DNA of 4,041 nucleotides from a virus (Duplodnaviria; Heunggongvirae; Uroviricota; Caudoviricetes): IMG/VR virus record IMGVR_UViG_2663762839_000013, positions 1 to 4,041 of that record; one strand, 5' to 3'. Shown piece by piece: positions 1 to 4,041 of this stretch (position 1 is its first letter; each line of letters starts with the position of its first letter). The notes under the pieces were generated by a model. It saw only the letters and a program-made list of their open reading frames with translations, ran no database searches and was not told where the DNA came from. The position numbers and the translations under genes were made by a program.

Positions 1-216
1 CACTTACCGGGGCCAATGTTATAGGGACAAAATGACGCGATACCCGCTTTCTGGGGTTCGGTCAGCGGCACTTTAATATTGCGCTCCACCCATGCCAGCG
101 CCTTATCACGCTCAATGGCGTTGACCTGGTCGCATTTTTCCTTCGACAACTTCATGCCCGGGACGACAGGTTTACTATCCACCAGGATGGCACCGCGGCA
201 GATGGTCCAGATACCC
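1..216 (-). pseudogene. Phage endolysin R fragment (GH24 T4-lysozyme-like, SAR-endolysin family), 5'-truncated; 3' end runs off the window
   Basis: Minus-strand translation reads ...GIWTICRGAILVDSKPVVPGMKLSKEKCDQVNAIERDKALAWVERNIKVPLTEPQKAGIASFCPYNIGPGKC, matching from memory the core of E. coli prophage lysozymes of the Rrr type. In the same frame, stops lie at 258-260 (TGA) and 288-290 (TAA), so the N-terminal ~45 aa (signal-anchor and catalytic Glu region) cannot be encoded here. Similarity begins abruptly near 215. Confidence 0.65.
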
Positions 217-240
217 CGTCTCCCGCAATCCGGAAGCTCA

Positions 241-279
241 CAACAACAAGAGGGGCATCAGCTCACACCGACAGCCCCT
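241..279 (-). terminator. Possible weak intrinsic terminator after the 89-aa ORF
   Basis: On the minus strand, AGGGGC (256..251) pairs with GCCCCT (279..274) around a 17-nt loop, followed by a U-rich tract CUUGUUGUUG (revcomp of 241-250). Long loop, so not canonical. Confidence 0.25.
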
Positions 280-287
280 TCGCATGG

Positions 288-557
288 TTACATCATCATT
301 TCGCCGTCAGGCTGAGGCTCACTGCTACCATCAGGCTGAGACCCGACGCCATCTGAAACAGCACTGTCATCCGCAATGCCTTCCGGCTCCGGAACAGTCG
401 GTGCGCCCAGCAGTTCATCCAGAATGGCATCCACTTCTGCATCAAGACGCGCCTCAAGGTTCTGCCGAAGTTGCTGTTTCAGTGCGCTTCTGACTTCTTC
501 AGAGCGCAGGACTTCCTTCACTGCTTCAGCAGTGACCAGCGATTTTATTTCTGACAT
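288..557 (-). CDS. Hypothetical acidic protein, 89 aa (helical N-terminus, D/E/P/S-rich C-terminal tail)
   Basis: ORF track 288..731; I prefer the internal ATG at 555-557 (MSEIKSLVTAEAVKEVLRSEE...). The longer N-terminal extension overlaps the upstream 60-aa ORF and reads like non-coding translation. A purine-rich stretch GAGAAAATACC precedes the ATG. Stop is TAA at 288-290. Confidence 0.5.
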   Translation of the reverse strand: MSEIKSLVTAEAVKEVLRSEEVRSALKQQLRQNLEARLDAEVDAILDELLGAPTVPEPEGIADDSAVSDGVGSQPDGSSEPQPDGEMMM

Positions 558-594
558 GGTATTTTCTCGTTGAAAGGTGTTGTTAAGAAAGTTG

Positions 595-777
595 CTACGG
601 AATGAGAGGCTCTTCGGGTTTTGTTCCGGCTGACTGACTGGCACTGATTTTCTCTGCGGCCCTTTTATCAATCTGCCTGCGCCAGAAATCGCGCACTGCC
701 CTGTACCCACCCGAAAGAAGATACAGCACACAGACCGCCGTACAGAAGTACAGCATCACCTGATGAATAAATGTCAT
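595..777 (-). CDS. Hypothetical small membrane protein, 60 aa (one predicted TM helix then a basic tail)
   Basis: ORF MTFIHQVMLYFCTAVCVLYLLSGGYRAVRDFWRRQIDKRAAEKISASQSAGTKPEEPLIP. Hydrophobic stretch at residues ~4-24, then an Arg/Lys-rich tail. Weak SD-like AAGAAA upstream of the ATG. Sits between nanS-p and the 89-aa ORF on the same strand. Confidence 0.35.
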   Translation of the reverse strand: MTFIHQVMLYFCTAVCVLYLLSGGYRAVRDFWRRQIDKRAAEKISASQSAGTKPEEPLIP

Positions 778-795
778 AGTTTCTTACCGTTATGG

Positions 796-824
796 TTGAC
801 AATGAGAACTGTTTTCATTTAAAA
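796..824 (+). promoter_or_regulatory. Candidate sigma70 promoter on the plus strand (antisense to the nanS-p / ORF60 intergenic region)
   Basis: Perfect -35 hexamer TTGACA at 796-801. An AT-rich -10 candidate (TTTAAA / TTAAAA, 818-824) lies 16-17 bp downstream, but the -10 match is weak. A terminator-like hairpin follows about 40-70 bp downstream on the same strand. Confidence 0.25.
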
Positions 825-864
825 AACCGATATACGAAAGCATCTTTTCTTTACATTCTCCATT

Positions 865-901
865 GGGATTACCTCCGCCAGCCTCCGTTCCTGCCGCTGG
901 C
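865..901 (+). terminator. Intrinsic terminator-like hairpin plus T7 tract (plus-strand orientation)
   Basis: 8-bp stem CCGCCAGC (865-872) pairs with GCTGGCGG (886-893) around a 13-nt loop, then C and TTTTTTT (895-901). On the minus strand the A-run precedes the hairpin, so it is not a terminator for nanS-p. Confidence 0.45.
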
Positions 902-912
902 GGCTTTTTTTA

Positions 913-2838
913 TCATGCCGCGGCATCCGCGTTGTTCACTTCCACCTTCACACTGTCAATCAGCAGCGTATATGTCGCCGCCTTTGATATGCCTGTCAGT
1001 TGCAGTTTGTCCGCCGCCCCTGATGCCGGAGATTTCACCAGTGTGAACGGCGTCCCCCGTTTCTCATCCAGTACCGGCGTCACCTGAATGCTGTTGTTTC
1101 CGGCAAACTCAAAAGCCAGTGTGTGCCATCCGTTATCAAAGACCCCGAACGTATCCAGCTTCGCATTCGGCTTCTTGTGGTACATCGCGTTCAGGTTCGT
1201 CGCATCCGTCTGCAGGAAGAAGGACATCAGCATGTCGTTGCCTTCCTCTGCCAGCGTCACTCCCTCCGGCAGGGACGACAACTGCCAGTAAATGCCCAGG
1301 GCAAACCGATTCGGCACCAGTGAACCCGGCAACTTAAACCGTACGCTCACACGTCCCCCCTTCTTCAGTAACTCCACTCCCTGTCCGGCTGCATCATGCT
1401 CCAGAAACCAGATGTGGTTTTCCGGTTTATTCAGTTGCAGGGCCTTACCTCCCGTAGCCCCCGCATCACTGACCACCGCTTCAGCAATGTTTTTGTTAAC
1501 ATTGTCTCCGCTCGCCGGTTTGTGATAATAGCGCCAGCCCTGTGATGCCAGGTCTTCGCCGGACGCCAGCAGACTCATCAGGGTTCGGTTACTGACCGGG
1601 GCTTCCGGCTCTCTCTCCGTACCTTCACCGGAAGGTCCGGTGGGCTTCACCGTATCAGGCTGTTTTCCGGTAATGAATTCAGCGGTTCTCCCGGCATGCA
1701 CAAGAATCGCCGTTGCCAGACGGTCGGAAATAATCCCACGACGTGCCCATGATCCAAAATGCGTTTTACGGTCGGCCGTCGTCCAGGTTTTGGCGTCCGT
1801 TCGACCACCGGCTCCGTAATACCCAATATCCGCAACATCCGGATCTTCTGACGGCTCGTTGGTACCCACATTTCGCCCGTTTTCATCCGTCATAAACGGC
1901 ACAAAGAAGATTTTTTTTGCGGATTTCGTCTTGTATGCACCATACACCGCATCGTATTGCGAAGAATAAGTCTGCTTCCAGTAGTAGGTCGTGTCGCCAC
2001 AAATCCAGGGAACCGATGACGGAGAGCCCCCGAGACACTGACCTCCGAATTCCGACAGGTCAGAACGATATTTTTCCACCATGGAATCAAACAGCCCCGG
2101 CTGAGTGGCGTATGCACCCTGTTTCAAATCAAACTCGCCCTGCATCCAGACCACTGCAAGCAGAATATTTTTAGGGTTAGCCTTCAGTGCGGCCTGAGTA
2201 CGGGTAAGCAGGTCCTTGTACAGTGGCTTATCTACACCCCAGCGTGCCGAGGTCTCGCTTGCGCCGGTGGATTCGCTGAAGGTACCTTCATCGCCCGCCA
2301 AAAATGCAGAACCACCACGACAGCATGGTACCAGCAGGATCCCCGCGTTATTCGGGATATACGGAAGCAGTTTTTTGGCAATATGTAAGCCCTGGCCGAC
2401 ACAGCCGTACTGCCCTTTGCTCAGGTCTGCCTTCGGATGATTCAGCGTACTCATATCCTGCACATCATGCAGACAGTGGTCAGCCGGGATGATGTCGTTA
2501 TACGTACAACTCTCTCCACCCGGAGTTACCGTGCTGCGGCGCGCCAGCTGTTTAATGCGCGGATCCGGAGCATCGTAAGAATCCGGTAACGGAAGCCCTT
2601 CACCGTAGGCCATGCCGTTGGACTGTCCGGCAAGCACAACCACGTAGAACCAGTCCGGCTCAGATGAAGGGCCGACCTGTGGATCTCCTTCAATAGCCAC
2701 CGCCTGCATCAGTGTGTACGGCGTAATGGCAACCGGTCCGCCATATGGCTGCCAGCCCTCTTTCAGTTTGTGTGTCAGCTTTTCCGCAAGGTCTGACGGC
2801 GACGCCGCCCTGACAACATCATAGTGTTTAAATGCCAT
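913..2838 (-). CDS. nanS: Prophage-encoded sialate O-acetylesterase of the NanS-p family (N-terminal DUF1737, SASA/SGNH-hydrolase domain, C-terminal carbohydrate-binding region), 641 aa
   Basis: Intact 641-aa ORF starting MAFKHYDVVRAASPSDLAEKLTHKLKEGWQ (DUF1737-like N-terminus). SGNH block I motif VVVLAGQSNGMAYGEG with a catalytic Ser in GQSN; additional SGNH-like blocks (WMQGEFD). RBS GGAGG sits 4 nt upstream of the ATG. Position relative to a tRNA-Arg and a lysozyme gene matches the stx-flanking late region of lambdoid prophages. Confidence 0.9.
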   Translation of the reverse strand: MAFKHYDVVRAASPSDLAEKLTHKLKEGWQPYGGPVAITPYTLMQAVAIEGDPQVGPSSEPDWFYVVVLAGQSNGMAYGEGLPLPDSYDAPDPRIKQLARRSTVTPGGESCTYNDIIPADHCLHDVQDMSTLNHPKADLSKGQYGCVGQGLHIAKKLLPYIPNNAGILLVPCCRGGSAFLAGDEGTFSESTGASETSARWGVDKPLYKDLLTRTQAALKANPKNILLAVVWMQGEFDLKQGAYATQPGLFDSMVEKYRSDLSEFGGQCLGGSPSSVPWICGDTTYYWKQTYSSQYDAVYGAYKTKSAKKIFFVPFMTDENGRNVGTNEPSEDPDVADIGYYGAGGRTDAKTWTTADRKTHFGSWARRGIISDRLATAILVHAGRTAEFITGKQPDTVKPTGPSGEGTEREPEAPVSNRTLMSLLASGEDLASQGWRYYHKPASGDNVNKNIAEAVVSDAGATGGKALQLNKPENHIWFLEHDAAGQGVELLKKGGRVSVRFKLPGSLVPNRFALGIYWQLSSLPEGVTLAEEGNDMLMSFFLQTDATNLNAMYHKKPNAKLDTFGVFDNGWHTLAFEFAGNNSIQVTPVLDEKRGTPFTLVKSPASGAADKLQLTGISKAATYTLLIDSVKVEVNNADAAA

Positions 2839-2842
2839 GAAT

Positions 2843-2847
2843 CCTCC
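2843..2847 (-). promoter_or_regulatory. Shine-Dalgarno sequence of nanS-p
   Basis: Minus-strand GGAGG (revcomp of CCTCC at 2843-2847), then spacer ATTC, then ATG at 2838-2836. Confidence 0.7.
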
Positions 2848-3031
2848 CGGCCGGGAGAATATTGTGAGTAAAATGAGGAGCGGGCTGAAGTCCGGAAGTT
2901 ACAGGACAATGGCAGAAGAGAGACAACAGCCCGCAATACGAAAAAGGCCGCGCTATTGCGCAGAGTGATTACTGTCGGATATTATTCGCCAGCTGAAATA
3001 TTACTTCACGTTTTGTTGTTTATTCCTTGCC

Positions 3032-3059
3032 GCCCGCGTCTCCCTGCGCGGGCTTTTTT
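3032..3059 (+). terminator. Intrinsic terminator (plus-strand orientation)
   Basis: 7-bp GC stem GCCCGCG (3032-3038) pairs with CGCGGGC (3047-3053) around an 8-nt loop, immediately followed by TTTTTT (3054-3059). Confidence 0.5.
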
Positions 3060-3065
3060 GTCCAT

Positions 3066-3090
3066 AAGAAAGCCCCTCCGGAGAGGGGCT
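3066..3090 (-). terminator. Hairpin with downstream U-rich tract (minus-strand orientation); forms a convergent pair with the 3032-3059 terminator
   Basis: Perfect 8-bp stem AGCCCCTC / GAGGGGCT (3071-3090) with a 4-nt loop. On the minus strand it is followed by UUCUUAU (revcomp of 3066-3072). Confidence 0.35.
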
Positions 3091-3192
3091 GGAGAGTGGC
3101 GCTATGTGCCATTGCATGGTGCCGGGTGCCTCCCGGTGAATTCAGTACCAGCACCTGAATCCGCGATTATCCCATATACCTACTCGCTGATT

Positions 3193-3210
3193 GCCCCTCC
3201 GCACAGGGGG
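3193..3210. repeat. Second copy of the GCCCCTCCG-initiated hairpin motif (first copy at 3072-3090)
   Basis: GCCCCTCCG-CACA-GGGGG here versus GCCCCTCCG-GAGA-GGGGCT at 3072-3090; both can form short GC hairpins and share a 9-nt core. Confidence 0.3.
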
Positions 3211-3286
3211 ATTCACCATGCCAGTTTCTTTTAACAAACTCCCCGCAAAACAGACAACAGTCAACCGCCTGAATTGTGAGACATTT

Positions 3287-3310
3287 AAAAAAAAGCCCGC
3301 AAAAGCGAGC
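3287..3310 (-). terminator. Intrinsic terminator downstream of the tRNA-Arg gene
   Basis: Minus-strand GCTCGC-TTTT-GCGGGC (6-bp stem with one G-U pair) followed by T8 (revcomp of the A-run at 3287-3294). Lies 15 nt after the tRNA 3' end. Confidence 0.55.
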
Positions 3311-3325
3311 CAGGGAAAATAAGTG

Positions 3326-3389
3326 TGGCGCGTTGTACTGGATTCGAACCAGTGACCGATTGCTTAGAAGGCAATTGCTCTGTCCGGCC
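3326..3389 (-). tRNA. tRNA-Arg (anticodon UCU), 3' portion only (D-loop through CCA); 5' acceptor and D-stem strand not present
   Basis: Minus strand reads GAGC-A-ATTGC-CUUCUAA-GCAAU-CGGUC-ACUGG-UUCGAAU-CCAGU-ACAACGC-G-CCA. The anticodon stem (5 bp) and loop give anticodon UCU; the T-arm carries the canonical GGTTCGAATCC; CCA is encoded. The 5' acceptor strand that would be needed (GCGTTGT) and a D-stem partner (GCTC) are absent upstream, so the gene appears truncated near 3385-3397. Confidence 0.6.
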
Positions 3390-3397
3390 CTGTCGCG

Positions 3398-3527
3398 GAA
3401 CGTGTGGTAGGCCATATTTGCATCTCCGGCCCTAGCCTGATGAGCGGTTACTTTGGCGACCAGGTTTCACAAGACGAGATTGCCGCGACGGGCTGGTTAG
3501 ACACCGGGGACCTCGGTTATCTGCTGC
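3398..3527 (+). pseudogene. Internal fragment of an AMP-dependent synthetase/ligase (adenylate-forming enzyme) gene
   Basis: Plus-frame translation ERVVGHICISGPSLMSGYFGDQVSQDEIAATGWLDTGDLGYLL contains the characteristic G-x-x-G-Y-...-G-W-x-x-T-G-D-L-G motif region of acyl/aryl-AMP ligases. There is no start context, and the reading frame loses family resemblance after about 3527. Confidence 0.45.
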
Positions 3528-3657
3528 ATCCAGCGTATGCTCAACAGGAACGCGAATCATGGTATCTGCCAGCCATTCGACGTAATCCATATCACGGGTG
3601 ATCGACGGATAACGGAAGTCGATATCCAGCACATTCGCCAGTTCATCGAAGTATTGT
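3528..3657 (-). other. Unidentified protein-coding fragment (minus strand)
   Basis: Minus-frame translation [46 protein letters not shown] has protein-like composition but no start or stop context. It is bounded by abrupt changes in coding strand on both sides. Confidence 0.3.
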
Positions 3658-3917
3658 TCCGCTCTCTGGCGAGATCGTCAATATCGAAGACGTGCCGGAT
3701 GTCGTTTTTGCGGAAAAAATCGTTGGTGATGGTATTGCTATCAAACCAACGGGTAACAAAATGGTCGCGCCTGTAGACGGCACCATTGGTAAAATCTTTG
3801 AAACCAACCACGCATTCTCTATCGAATCTGATAGCGGCGTTGAACTGTTCGTCCACTTCGGGATCGACACCGTTGAACTGAAAGGCGAAGGCTTCAAGCG
3901 TATTGCTGAAGAAGGTC
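3658..3917 (+). pseudogene. crr: Internal fragment of crr (PTS glucose-specific EIIA component), roughly residues 36-121, lacking both gene ends
   Basis: Plus-frame translation [85 protein letters not shown] matches E. coli EIIA-Glc as I recall it, including both active-site His contexts (NHAF, VHFG). Upstream and downstream sequence diverges abruptly from crr at about 3657/3658 and 3917/3918. Confidence 0.75.
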
Positions 3918-4041
3918 TTTATCAAACCAAATATGGCGTAAACGCGGCAGTGGTTTGTTCACCAGATTGGCTTTGCCGACATTGGGGAGATTAATAAAGT
4001 CTTTAAAATTATGATAACGACCGCCGGGGACGATGGAGTCG
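3918..4041 (-). other. Unidentified protein-coding fragment (minus strand), runs off the window
   Basis: Minus-frame translation [41 protein letters not shown] is open across the whole segment and protein-like; identity not recognised. Confidence 0.25.

Noticed and set aside
79-573. Plus-strand ORFs 79..315, 284..493 and 376..573 (65-78 aa)
   Set aside because: They lie antisense to the endolysin fragment and the 89-aa ORF, have no recognisable domains or RBS, and have Pro/Ser/Arg-rich composition typical of antisense translation of a real gene.
288-731. Extended 147-aa version of the acidic ORF starting at the ATG at 731
   Set aside because: The N-terminal extension overlaps the 60-aa ORF in another frame and reads like translated non-coding sequence. 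The internal ATG at 557 has a purine-rich upstream stretch and gives a coherent protein.
595-777. The 60-aa membrane ORF as the phage holin S
   Set aside because: It has a single predicted TM segment and no dual-start motif. Lambdoid class I and II holins have 2-3 TM segments and sit immediately before R, whereas here an unrelated acidic ORF intervenes. It is kept only as a hypothetical membrane protein.
913-2838. Multiple ORFs of 60-85 aa overlapping nanS-p on both strands (1088..1291, 1647..1886, 1890..2117, 1917..2174, 2216..2440, 2304..2492 and others)
   Set aside because: They are nested within a confidently identified 641-aa gene in other frames; they are shadow ORFs.
3009-3063. 19-aa basic peptide ORF (MDKKARAGRRGRQGINNKT) on the minus strand, preceded by a GGAGG at good spacing
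   Set aside because: The SD-like sequence is part of a hairpin stem and the ORF overlaps a terminator stem; it is too short and unsupported to call, though ribosome profiling could test it.
2839-3325. Shiga toxin genes (stxA/stxB) between the tRNA and nanS-p
   Set aside because: This is where Stx phages carry them, but the interval is only about 490 bp and contains no ORF of appropriate size or similarity.
3326-3402. A complete 76-nt tRNA-Arg gene
   Set aside because: The 3' acceptor strand ACAACGC requires a 5' strand GCGTTGT, and the D-stem GAGC requires GCTC; neither is present in the upstream 25 nt, so only the 3' portion is supported.
2956-3415. ORFs 2956..3234 (+, 92 aa) and 3167..3415 (-, 82 aa)
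   Set aside because: They run through terminator hairpins and the tRNA gene and have no RBS or protein-like features; this region is better explained as a structured non-coding leader.
3557-3925. Minus-strand 122-aa ORF across the crr region
   Set aside because: It is antisense to the crr fragment, which matches EIIA-Glc over about 86 residues; it is a shadow ORF.
1-4041. CRISPR arrays, IS elements/transposases, integrase or other defence-system genes
   Set aside because: I found no regularly spaced short direct repeats, no terminal inverted repeats flanking a transposase-like ORF, and no ORFs with nuclease, ATPase or recombinase motifs.

Overview
The window is dominated by a lambdoid (Stx-phage-like) prophage late region on the minus strand, followed on the right by a patchwork of unrelated gene fragments. 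The central block (about 240-3390) looks like one natural module: the 3' part of a tRNA-Arg(UCU) gene with its own terminator, a roughly 490-bp hairpin-rich non-coding leader, an intact 641-aa NanS-p-type sialate O-acetylesterase gene (913..2838), and two small downstream ORFs (60 aa membrane, 89 aa acidic). No stx genes are present in the place they occupy in Stx phages. At the left edge, a T4-lysozyme-like endolysin (R) is present only as a 5'-truncated fragment and no holin precedes it, so the lysis cassette appears disrupted. From about 3398 to the end, the sequence is a mosaic of short internal pieces of unrelated genes on alternating strands with abrupt junctions, including an internal piece of crr (PTS EIIA-Glc). 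The segments are about 130, 130, 260 and at least 124 bp, which suggests an assembly chimera, artificial concatenation or heavy genome decay rather than functional genes. I did not find a convincing complete novel system. The most testable candidates are a possible antisense promoter/terminator unit next to the small membrane ORF, the acidic 89-aa protein, and the mosaic region itself. All identifications are from reading the sequence and recalling protein families; no database search was run.
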